A stretch of DNA of 64,000 bases, taken from contig JAFXEU010000052.1 in assembly GCA_017520845.1 (NCBI GenBank), positions 23,621-87,620 of the forward strand, in the 5' to 3' direction. Both the position numbers and the translations under genes were made by a program. Below are positions 19,475 to 27,592 of this stretch, piece by piece. Origin of the DNA: Kiritimatiellia bacterium. Lineage in GTDB: Bacteria > Verrucomicrobiota > Kiritimatiellia > RFP12 > UBA1067. Each line of letters begins with the position of its first letter. Position 1 is the first letter of the stretch. Below the pieces are notes generated by a model. That model was given only the letters and a program-made list of their open reading frames with translations. It was not told where the DNA came from and searched no databases.

Positions 19475-21651
19475 TTTTTAGCGCCTCCAATTTTTATGTT
19501 TGTGTTTTCGCAATAGATCGGCGCGGCATTCACGCCTTGCATGACAAGCCGCCGGCGATGCTGTTGAAGACGCTCAACGAACTCGCCGAAATCCTTTTTT
19601 GTGCTACCTGTCCACAAGACCTCCGCAAGTGCGCAGGAGCGCGGCCACATGCGCCAGTCGAGGTCATAGCGATTCCAGATAACTTCGCTCCAGAAACACG
19701 CCTGCGAACCGAGAAGATATTTTTCAGCGTCTCCTTCAAGCCCCCGGGCGGGATCGAACGAATAGACTTTTTCAAGCGAAACGACCTGATGCGTATTTCT
19801 CGGCGTGAACGGATCTTCAGGGTTGCCGTCTGTGCGGTTGAAATAGCAATGGCTCGAAGGACACATGACGAAAGGACGCCTCTGCTTCACAGCTTTAAGC
19901 CCGCCATTGCGCCCGCGCCAGCTCATAACGCGGGCGCCTTCGGGAATATCACACTCTAAAATCTCATCCCAGCCGATAATCTTCTTGCCCTTCTTCCCGA
20001 GATACTCGGCAAAGCGCGCCGTCACATACCCTTGGAGTTTCTCGGGCTTTATGCCCAGCGACTGCGCCTTGGCGCGGCACTTCGGGCACTTCTTCCATCG
20101 TGCCGTCGGGCACTCATCTCCGCCGATATGGACGAACTCGCCCGGGAAAAGCCCGACAACTTCGTCAAGCACCTTTTCTACGAACTTCAGAGCCTCTTCG
20201 TTCCCGACGCAAAGGACGTCGCTCTCGATCCCCCACGTGCAGCGCGGAACGCGCGGCAGTTTCTCTCCCGCGCACGAAAATTCGGGATATGCCGCGAGCG
20301 CCGCGCGGATGTGTCCGGGAAATTCGATTTCGGGAACGACTTCGATTCCAAGCGCATCGGCGTATGCGACAATTTCGCGGATATCATCTTTCGTATAATA
20401 AAACGGGCCGTAAACATCGCCGTTGAACTCATCGCCGCGCGCGAAATGGACGGGCGAGCACGGACGGACGGCGCCATATTTTATGAGATCGGGATACGCG
20501 TCAATCTCGATTCTCCAACCCTGATCCTCCGTCAAATGCCAATGAAGAACGTTGAGCTTATGCGCCGACATCTGCCTTAAAACGTGCTTTATCGTCTCCT
20601 TGCCGAAGAAGTGCCGCCCTTCGTCGATGAGAATGCCGCGCCACGGATATCGGGGATGATCTTCTATTTCGCAGCAGGGGATGACGAGAGGCCGTCCGAT
20701 GTCGCCGCCCGTGTAGAAATCGCAGTTGCGGTAGAAGGTCTTCTCCTCCCCAAGCTGTCTGAGCGTCGCCATCGCATGAAGTTCGCCGCGAACATCCGAA
20801 GCTGCGACCTTTACTCCGCCGGTTGTGACGGAAAGCCTGTACGCCTCGGCCCTCATCGTGGGATCGCGCTCGAATTCGATCCAATCGCGCGTCACATAGG
20901 GCGCCGGAGCCCGATAGGCGCCCGGCGTTTTGCGGATCGAGCGCGGAGCCGGCACCAACGCCGGAACCGGCCTGTCTTCAAGCGCCGGCGACTCGTGCAG
21001 ATTGACGATTTCGCCGATCTTCGCCTTGCCGGAGCAGTCTTTTACGACATCACCCTTCGCATACGCAATAATGTACTCTACTTTGACAGATTCGTTTTCC
21101 TTCGTCACCAGAACGCACGGCGAACCTGAAGGCTGGCCGGAAGCCGCAACCATCATGTTCGAAATCTTGCCGTTCTTCGTTTTGTCGACGACTACTGCGC
21201 ACCCGGCGACATCCTGAAACTCGAGATTCGAAACAACATACCCGTCTGCGTTTCCGATGTTGAGCCCGGTGCGGCCTCCACGCAAAACGGCCTTTTTGAA
21301 ACGGACGCCCAAAACCTCGAAAGCCTTGTCGCTCTCGCAATCCGCACCGCACGACGCATTCCTTATGACATCATCGGCAACGCCCGCCTTAAGCTCGAGA
21401 ACCGGGCTTTCGAGAATAAGCGAAACGCCGGAAGGAAGGACAATCGCGCGGTCGAGACGCCAAACGCCGTCAGCGCTCAAAGGATCCCTCTGTGGGATCG
21501 TAACGCGCCTCGTCCCGTCGGCAACAGCGCCGGCGATAGCCTTTTCGATGCGTTGCGATGCGGAACCTTCAAACTCCGTCGGCGAACGAGACGGCATCGC
21601 CGCAGCGACAGAGGCTGTAAACAATGCGAGAAAAAACATCTTCATTTTCAT
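19471..21651 (-). CDS. GH20 beta-N-acetylhexosaminidase
   Basis: LNVLHWHLTEDQGWRIEI, VPEIEFPGH and HIGGDECP motifs (GH20 catalytic D-E pair context). Signal peptide MKMKMFFLALFTASVAAA. Confidence 0.8.
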   Translation of the reverse strand: MKMKMFFLALFTASVAAAMPSRSPTEFEGSASQRIEKAIAGAVADGTRRVTIPQRDPLSADGVWRLDRAIVLPSGVSLILESPVLELKAGVADDVIRNASCGADCESDKAFEVLGVRFKKAVLRGGRTGLNIGNADGYVVSNLEFQDVAGCAVVVDKTKNGKISNMMVAASGQPSGSPCVLVTKENESVKVEYIIAYAKGDVVKDCSGKAKIGEIVNLHESPALEDRPVPALVPAPRSIRKTPGAYRAPAPYVTRDWIEFERDPTMRAEAYRLSVTTGGVKVAASDVRGELHAMATLRQLGEEKTFYRNCDFYTGGDIGRPLVIPCCEIEDHPRYPWRGILIDEGRHFFGKETIKHVLRQMSAHKLNVLHWHLTEDQGWRIEIDAYPDLIKYGAVRPCSPVHFARGDEFNGDVYGPFYYTKDDIREIVAYADALGIEVVPEIEFPGHIRAALAAYPEFSCAGEKLPRVPRCTWGIESDVLCVGNEEALKFVEKVLDEVVGLFPGEFVHIGGDECPTARWKKCPKCRAKAQSLGIKPEKLQGYVTARFAEYLGKKGKKIIGWDEILECDIPEGARVMSWRGRNGGLKAVKQRRPFVMCPSSHCYFNRTDGNPEDPFTPRNTHQVVSLEKVYSFDPARGLEGDAEKYLLGSQACFWSEVIWNRYDLDWRMWPRSCALAEVLWTGSTKKDFGEFVERLQQHRRRLVMQGVNAAPIYCENTNIKIGGAKK

Positions 21652-21688
21652 TACACGTGATTATACCACCTTCAACCACTATTGCAGC

Positions 21689-21706
21689 AACCTGTAAATA
21701 CAGGTT
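21689..21706. promoter_or_regulatory. 18-bp perfect palindrome AACCTGTAAATACAGGTT, 38-55 bp upstream of the GH20 start; copy 1 of a conserved ~30-bp element
   Basis: Seen directly in sequence. A near-identical 30-bp block TGAAAAACCTGTATTTACAGGTTGYTGCAA (minus-strand reading) recurs at 23251-23268. Confidence 0.4.
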
Positions 21707-21708
21707 TT

Positions 21709-23136
21709 TCAGAACCAGACCGCAAACGCGGCACATCCGTCATCTGCCTTTTTAAGAACGACCTTGCCGTTTCTCAAAGGCGCCGCCACGGCTTCGTAAT
21801 CGCGCGCATGATCATGGACATAGACCCAGGTCTCGGCATCCTTGTCGACACCTTTGAAATCCAGCACTATCTCCTTAGCGCCGCTGTGGTAATCTACGAC
21901 GATGACGCCTTTTCGCGTTCCGTCCTCGCTTCTGGCGGCAAGAGTCGTGATGCCGTCGGCACTCCCGGATTTGCAGATGACGGGAAGCGCTTTTATGAAT
22001 TCCCCGAACATCTTAAGGCCATAATAGACCTTGTATTTTGAATACCCGTCCTTGTATCCCCACGACCCGGTGTGGTTGCACCCGTAATAGTACGCCTGAT
22101 CGAGCTTCGAGGTCTGGAACATCGAAAGAAGCGTGAGATTGAAGCAGGAGGAGACGATTCCGTTGTGCGAACCAGGGCCGGTCCAGACCTTTTTGCGCAC
22201 TTCGGGATCGGGATTGCGAAGCGCGGCAAAGCCGCCCTTGCCCATGTAATGCCATTCGTTGATGATAAGCTCGCAGTCCTTGAAGCCATACTCGTCGCAA
22301 AGCTTGCGGCCTTTCTCAATCGCATTCATGACAACAGGCGGATGCCCCGTATAATGGTGCCACGAAATAAAGTCCGGAGCGACCCCTTCTTTTTTGCACT
22401 CTGCCAGAATGGCCCTGAAATAGCTCTCGTTCATCCAGCACAATGCAGGCCCGCCAACCTTTACTTCAGGAAACTCGCTCTTGATGCGCTTAAGGCACGT
22501 GACGAAAAACTTGACGAACCTGTCGCGGCGCTCCAGATCTCGGGCCTTTCTGTCGGCCGCAATCTCTTCGGGCGCATCTCCTCTGCCTGCGTCGCCGTCA
22601 GGAAGACACCACATGTTGTTGACGCCATCAGGCTCGTTCCAGATTTCCCAATACCTGATGTTCCAATTGTGCCCGTTCGCCCAGCCGCGATTGTAGTGGC
22701 GGACGGTGCCGGCGAATATCTCGGCCACCTTGTCGAAATCGTCAGGAATGAGCGTATTGAAATGGACATTCGGCCCCGAATGCTCAATGGATGCTCCAAG
22801 CCGGAAAAAGATATCCAGCGACGCCTCTTTGCGGCATCTGTCCAGAAGATAATCGGTCGGCGCAAAAACATAGTTCTTGGGATCTTTCGCATCAAGATGC
22901 ATAAGCGGAAATATCTGATGATAGTCGCATACATGCTGATTCGAGTTTACGAGCGCCCAGTCGTGGGTCCTGGCATACTTGAAGCCCATCGACTTTATTT
23001 CGTCGATGACAGCCTGGGAACACCCTTCTATCTTCGCTCCGAATCCGGAACTGTGCAACTCCGGACGCATTCTTCCGGTGTCTACCGTAAAATCAACCGG
23101 CAAAACTGTAGCCAAAACACACGCTGCGATCGTCAT
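21709..23136 (-). CDS. clan GH-A glycoside hydrolase (GH39/GH5-like)
   Basis: The IRYWEIWNEPD motif is the clan GH-A acid/base signature. The likely true start is MTIAACVLATVLPV at 23136 (AGGAGAA RBS just upstream). The track start at 23283 reads through the upstream palindrome. Confidence 0.6.
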   Translation of the reverse strand: MTIAACVLATVLPVDFTVDTGRMRPELHSSGFGAKIEGCSQAVIDEIKSMGFKYARTHDWALVNSNQHVCDYHQIFPLMHLDAKDPKNYVFAPTDYLLDRCRKEASLDIFFRLGASIEHSGPNVHFNTLIPDDFDKVAEIFAGTVRHYNRGWANGHNWNIRYWEIWNEPDGVNNMWCLPDGDAGRGDAPEEIAADRKARDLERRDRFVKFFVTCLKRIKSEFPEVKVGGPALCWMNESYFRAILAECKKEGVAPDFISWHHYTGHPPVVMNAIEKGRKLCDEYGFKDCELIINEWHYMGKGGFAALRNPDPEVRKKVWTGPGSHNGIVSSCFNLTLLSMFQTSKLDQAYYYGCNHTGSWGYKDGYSKYKVYYGLKMFGEFIKALPVICKSGSADGITTLAARSEDGTRKGVIVVDYHSGAKEIVLDFKGVDKDAETWVYVHDHARDYEAVAAPLRNGKVVLKKADDGCAAFAVWF

Positions 23137-23250
23137 ACCAACATTCTCCTGTTTTTGTGTTTGTAAATATCTCCGCCTTATTGCCCTTCTGCATTCCCTG
23201 CGAACGTAAGCACGTTTTTCATATCGTACCACAATCAGCTCTTTTGCAAC

Positions 23251-23268
23251 AACCTGTAAATACAGGTT
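23251..23268. promoter_or_regulatory. second copy of the 18-bp palindrome AACCTGTAAATACAGGTT, 115 bp upstream of the GH39-like start
   Basis: Identical palindrome plus conserved flanks (TTGCAACAACCTGTAAATACAGGTTTTTCAAAA). Confidence 0.4.
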
Positions 23269-23286
23269 TTTCAAAACTGTCATCTC

Positions 23287-23400
23287 CAGAAGTAAATGCA
23301 GGTTCCACCTGCATTTACCTCCTAAGTTTATTGGGTAGTATTGATTCTGGTATATTTCCCCTCTATTCCTTCATAGGAAGGAAACCTGCGTTTACTTCTG
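23287..23400. repeat. nested inverted-repeat structure: terminal inverted repeats CAGAAGTAAATGCAGGTT / AACCTGCGTTTACTTCTG (17/18) 78 bp apart, plus internal hairpin GTAAATGCAGGT-tcc-ACCTGCATTTAC; MITE-like or repeat-motif cluster
   Basis: Seen directly. The half-site ACCTGYAWWTAC is related to the upstream palindrome. The local GC content drops. Confidence 0.4.
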
Positions 23401-23540
23401 AACAACTCCGACACCCTTCCTTTTGTATTGCAGAATCGGTATCGTATCCCTTACCGAACGAATCCATTCGGTAGGTGCCGATGGATGGTGACGGGATACA
23501 ACAAAAGGAAATACGCCATGAAACACATGGGCAACGATGA

Positions 23541-23843
23541 AAGAAACCGCATATCGAACGCTTTCATCTGGAACTCCGGCGCATCCTCCAGAAAGGCGTC
23601 TCGTTCAACGCGCTTTCCCAAGAGCAGGTCAATCTGATTATGTCGCACCTCAACAGCTATCCGAGACCGTCGCTTGGTGGCAAAACTCCATATGACATAT
23701 TCGCTGAAGAGTTCGGAGAAGAGGGAAAGCTGTTCCTCGACAAACTCGGCATTGTCCGCATCCCATCTGACGAAGTCACGCTGCACCCTTTCCTGCTCGG
23801 GCAGAAATTCCAAAAAGCAGTTACTTTCAGAACTTGCTTTTAG
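23541..23843 (+). mobile_element. IS30-family transposase remnant (C-terminal ~100 codons only; pseudogene)
   Basis: The frame translation KKPHIERFHLELRRILQKGVSFNALSQEQVNLIMSHLNSYPRPSLGGKTPYDIF matches the conserved C-terminus of IS30-family DDE transposases (...LN.RPRK.LG.KTP.EVF). No N-terminal or catalytic part is present. The region is AT-richer than the surroundings. Confidence 0.55.
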
Positions 23844-23932
23844 TTTTGGACACGACGATCCGCTTCCTCCTCTCCGTTATTATTTGATATAATTGAAACG
23901 TATATTTCATCGCAACAAAAACCTACAACGCC

Positions 23933-25387
23933 ATGAATCTTAAAAATACATTACTCGCCTTCTCGGCACTGCTCATCACCGGCGCCTCGTTCGGCGCAAT
24001 CCGCGCCACCACCCCGACCGTCTGGCCGAAAGGCAAAGACAGCTGGCAGATGGACCGCCATAACGCCAAAATGGAAATCGTAAAGGCGGGCGGCGCAAAA
24101 GTCGTATTCATCGGAGACTCGATCACGCACAATTGGGAAAAAGCCGGCAAAGAGCAGCTTGAAAAATATTTCTCCGAGGGAGACATGAAGATGCTCAACC
24201 TCGGCACAGGCGCAGACCGCACCGAACATGTTCTCTGGAGAATTAAAAACGGGGAACTCGACGGCTATGAGGCCAAGTGTATCGTCGTCATGATCGGCAC
24301 GAACAACACGGGCCACAATTCGATCGAAAAAGAGCCTCCCATGGACACAATCCTCGGCATAAGAGAAATTCTTACGGAAATCCGAAAAAAACAGCCCAAG
24401 GCGACTATTGTTCTCTCGGCGATCTTCCCCCGCGGCAAAGACGCCAGCGACGCAAAGCGTATACGCAATGAAATCGTGAATAAGGAAATCTGCAAATTCT
24501 GCGACGGCGAAACGATTTTCTGGTGCGACTTCAACGATGAATTTCTCAATGAAGACGGAACGCTGCCTAAAAAACTTTTCCCTGATTATCTCCACCCTGT
24601 CGGCCCCGGATACGAAATCTGGTACAAGGCCGTAAAGCCCTACATCGATTACGCGCTTTCCGACAAAAAAGGCGAAGCCCCGAAAAACCGCTACTCGAAA
24701 AAGAAAGATGCCCCTAAGGCCGATAAGCCGACGACGATCCAGCCTGTGGCGCGAGTTAAGGGGATGCATCGCCCGCGCAACTACGACGTATGGACCCAAA
24801 AGCTTTTCACCAACCGTCGAATCATTTCAAACAACAAAGAGATAGATATCGTTTTTGCCGGCGATTCCATCACCCATTTATGGGGCTTTCAAGGCAAAGA
24901 GGAATACTCAAAGCTTCTTAAGAAATACAGCATCCTCAATATCGGCTACAGCGGCGACAGAACGCAGCACCTCTTGTGGCGCGGCCTTTACGGTGAATTG
25001 GACGGGTACAAGGCCAAGTGCGTAATGCTTATGATCGGCACGAACAACAGCGGCGGCAACACTCCCGAGGAGGTCGCTCTCGGCGTTCGCGCGTTCCTTG
25101 ATCTGCTCGCTAAAAAGCAGCCCCAGGCGAAAGTCATCCTCCTTCCTATTTTCCCGCGCGGCGACGCCAAGGACTGGCGCCGCGCCAAAAATGACAAGGT
25201 CAACGAAATCATAAAAACCTACGCGGACGGCGAAAAGATCGTCTGGGTCGATTTCAACGACAAGTTCCTTGATAAAAACGGCGACACTAAGTGGATCATG
25301 CCAGACCGCCTCCACCCGGAACTGCAAGGTTACAAAATCTGGGCCGAAGCGGTCATGCCGTATTTCCAGAAGTTCTGCGGAAAATAA
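23933..25387 (+). CDS. secreted tandem SGNH/GDSL hydrolase (two esterase domains; sialate-O-acetylesterase/PAF-AH-like)
   Basis: Signal peptide present. Two repeated SGNH domains are each marked by GDSIT (VVFIGDSITHNWE; IVFAGDSITHLWG), GTNN and DxxHP motifs. This is the only sizeable plus-strand gene in the window. Confidence 0.7.
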   Translation: MNLKNTLLAFSALLITGASFGAIRATTPTVWPKGKDSWQMDRHNAKMEIVKAGGAKVVFIGDSITHNWEKAGKEQLEKYFSEGDMKMLNLGTGADRTEHVLWRIKNGELDGYEAKCIVVMIGTNNTGHNSIEKEPPMDTILGIREILTEIRKKQPKATIVLSAIFPRGKDASDAKRIRNEIVNKEICKFCDGETIFWCDFNDEFLNEDGTLPKKLFPDYLHPVGPGYEIWYKAVKPYIDYALSDKKGEAPKNRYSKKKDAPKADKPTTIQPVARVKGMHRPRNYDVWTQKLFTNRRIISNNKEIDIVFAGDSITHLWGFQGKEEYSKLLKKYSILNIGYSGDRTQHLLWRGLYGELDGYKAKCVMLMIGTNNSGGNTPEEVALGVRAFLDLLAKKQPQAKVILLPIFPRGDAKDWRRAKNDKVNEIIKTYADGEKIVWVDFNDKFLDKNGDTKWIMPDRLHPELQGYKIWAEAVMPYFQKFCGK

Positions 25388-25409
25388 TCCGCTGAAACAT
25401 CCCGCAAAG

Positions 25410-25450
25410 AAGACGCCCGTGAAGTGTAATTTTCACGGGTGTCTTTTTTT
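25410..25450. terminator. rho-independent terminator (bidirectional; between convergent SGNH gene and recA)
   Basis: GC-rich hairpin AGACGCCCGTGAA-gtgtaatt-TTCACGGGTGTCT followed by TTTTTTT on the plus strand. The minus-strand reading is followed by TCTTTG. Confidence 0.55.
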
Positions 25451-25469
25451 ACGCGCGGCTTAAACCGTC

Positions 25470-26492
25470 TCACTTCTTTTTTGCCGACACCGGCACGGGC
25501 GTCGTTTTAACCTTCTCGATAATTTCCTCAAGAATCTCGGGATTGCTTTTCAGAAACTCGATAGCCGCGAGCGTCCCCTGGGCGAGCTGTTCCGTACCGT
25601 AGCTGAGCCAGCTTCCGCGCTTTTCGACGATGCCTCGGACCAAAGCCGCGTCGAGCACCGAACCTTCACGCGAAATCCCGCATGCGTAAAGAATATCAAA
25701 CTCGGCTTCCGTAAAGGGAGCCGCGACCTTATTCTTGACGACCTTTACGCGCGTACGGTTTCCCACGACCTCTCCCTGAGGATTTTTTATCGCACCTATC
25801 CGCTGGACCTGCAGGCGGCACGTCGCGTAGAATTTAAGAGCCTTGCCCCCGGGTGTAGTCTCGGGATTGCCGAACATGACGCCGATCTTCTCGCGCACCT
25901 GATTCGTGAATATGCACAACGTCTTCGTCTGTGAAATCGCCGCCGTAAGTTTACGCATCGCCTGCGACATGAGCCGCGCCTGAAGACCGACGTGACTGTC
26001 GCCCATATTGCCGTCGATTTCCGCCTGCGGCGTCAGCGCGGCGACGGAGTCAACTACGACGACGTCAAGCGCCCCCGATTTTATAAGTTCTTCGCAGATG
26101 CAAAGAGCCTCTTCGCCGCTAGACGGCTGAGAGACGATCAGGTTCTCGAGGTCCACTCCTATCTTACGGGCGTAAGACGGATCCAGCGCGTGCTCGGCGT
26201 CGATGAACGCCGCCGTACCGCCCGCTTTCTGCGCATTGGCGACAACATGCAATGCGAGCGTCGTTTTACCCGACGACTCGTGTCCGTACAGCTCGATGAT
26301 ACGCCCTTTGGGAAGCCCTCCGATTCCAAGCGCCATATCAAGCGACAACGCTCCCGTCGAAACCGCTTCAATATCACCTCGCGACTCCTCTCCGAGCTTC
26401 ATGATCGACATCTCCCCAAACTCCTTGCGTATCGCCTTCATAACCTCATCAAGCGCCGAACCGATTCTGTTTATCATTCCGTCTTTGGCCAT
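25470..26492 (-). CDS. recA: recombinase RecA
   Basis: [12 protein letters not shown], Walker [13 protein letters not shown] and [18 protein letters not shown] motifs. The likely start is [11 protein letters not shown] at 26492. The track start at 26534 adds 14 aa. Confidence 0.9.
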   Translation of the reverse strand: MAKDGMINRIGSALDEVMKAIRKEFGEMSIMKLGEESRGDIEAVSTGALSLDMALGIGGLPKGRIIELYGHESSGKTTLALHVVANAQKAGGTAAFIDAEHALDPSYARKIGVDLENLIVSQPSSGEEALCICEELIKSGALDVVVVDSVAALTPQAEIDGNMGDSHVGLQARLMSQAMRKLTAAISQTKTLCIFTNQVREKIGVMFGNPETTPGGKALKFYATCRLQVQRIGAIKNPQGEVVGNRTRVKVVKNKVAAPFTEAEFDILYACGISREGSVLDAALVRGIVEKRGSWLSYGTEQLAQGTLAAIEFLKSNPEILEEIIEKVKTTPVPVSAKKK

Positions 26493-26524
26493 ATTGGCCT
26501 CCTTTCTTTCGTTAAGGCGCGAAA

Positions 26525-26977
26525 TCAATCGCACCAGTTTACAAATTTCCCGCGCCCGACAAAAATATCGACGCGCTCAATATGATCTATCTCAGGAGAT
26601 TCCTTCGACTCCGGAGTGCCGAAAACCTCGATAACGTCGAACCTGTACGCCCCCGCCCATTTATGCACCATAAGCCACGAACGGCACACGCGTCTCATAA
26701 GCATCCGCTTGCGGCGGTCGATGCTCCTTAAGCGGCTTTCGAACTCGCTGTGTTCGGCGTGCTGTTTCACCTCAACGAAGACTATCGCGTCGGCCTCGCG
26801 CGAATACGCGACTATATCGATTTCAAGGCGCTTGTCCGCTTTACATGGACGGACGTTGCGCTCGACGATTATATAGCCGCGTCTCCTTAAAAAATCCGCC
26901 GCGACGTCTTCGCCCCAACGCCCGTGTTCGACACCGACGTTGGGGATTTCTGGCTTTTTCCTACGCCGCAGGAACAT
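26525..26977 (-). CDS. YraN-family (UPF0102) endonuclease-like protein
   Basis: [22 protein letters not shown]...LEIDIVA...IVFVEVK matches the YraN/UPF0102 signature. Length is 150 aa. Confidence 0.5.
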   Translation of the reverse strand: MFLRRRKKPEIPNVGVEHGRWGEDVAADFLRRRGYIIVERNVRPCKADKRLEIDIVAYSREADAIVFVEVKQHAEHSEFESRLRSIDRRKRMLMRRVCRSWLMVHKWAGAYRFDVIEVFGTPESKESPEIDHIERVDIFVGRGKFVNWCD

Positions 26978-27554
26978 TACCCATCTCCTTTACGCGACGC
27001 TTATACGCGGACGTATCCCGCGCGATCACCTCGGGAATGCCGAAACAGATAACCCCTAACGAATCCTCGATCGCCATGGCGAGCCCGTACGCCTCGCTCG
27101 AGGAAAGTATGATATGCGCACTTTTCGATTCCGGCGACCCGGGTTTACTGCGCGAAACCTCAAACGCATACGCGCCGTCATATTCCACAAGATGCCGAAG
27201 AGAAATTTTTGTCGATCCCGCCGGAGAGACGTGAAAGAGCCCCTTGCCGTCCTCGATCGATTCTTTAATTCCCCTAAAGACTTCAAGCATCTTGGTGAGA
27301 TCGTTAAAATCAAGTTTTACGCAGATGCTGTTGTCCCAGTCGAACGTAGCGAATTTGGGAGGCACGACGTGTCTGTCGCCGACGGTAAGCTGGTTGGCGA
27401 AAGTCGCCATTATCGAGCCGTCGACGTCGTCATGCGCGGGATGCACCTCGAGTTGCAAAGCGCCGCCCGTACATTTCGGATTCGCTCTATAAAACGTCAG
27501 CCTAGGCCGATAATGCCTAACTGAATTCTGCCTGTTATTTTCGTTAGCATTCAT
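26961..27554 (-). CDS. hypothetical protein (197 aa), no recognised family
   Basis: The ORF has a strong GAGGTG RBS 6 nt upstream of the ATG at 27554. Lies between comM and yraN-recA. Has coding-like composition. Confidence 0.4.
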   Translation of the reverse strand: MNANENNRQNSVRHYRPRLTFYRANPKCTGGALQLEVHPAHDDVDGSIMATFANQLTVGDRHVVPPKFATFDWDNSICVKLDFNDLTKMLEVFRGIKESIEDGKGLFHVSPAGSTKISLRHLVEYDGAYAFEVSRSKPGSPESKSAHIILSSSEAYGLAMAIEDSLGVICFGIPEVIARDTSAYKRRVKEMGNVPAA

Positions 27555-27592
27555 TTTGTCACCTCTTTCTTTTGTTGTTTTTGTTGATAAAA

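Noticed and set aside
21689-21711. Rho-independent terminator reading (hairpin + TTTTT on plus strand)
   Set aside because: There is no plus-strand gene upstream to terminate. On the minus (coding) strand the hairpin is not followed by a U-tract. An operator/promoter interpretation is preferred, but attenuator function is not excluded.
23330-23360. tmRNA-like 5' motif (tgattctgg)
   Set aside because: Only a 9-nt coincidence. There is no tRNA-like acceptor/T-arm or tag-reading frame nearby.
23451-23813. 120-aa minus-strand ORF in the island
   Set aside because: It is antisense to the IS30 transposase remnant frame, which carries the conserved C-terminal motif. It is likely spurious.
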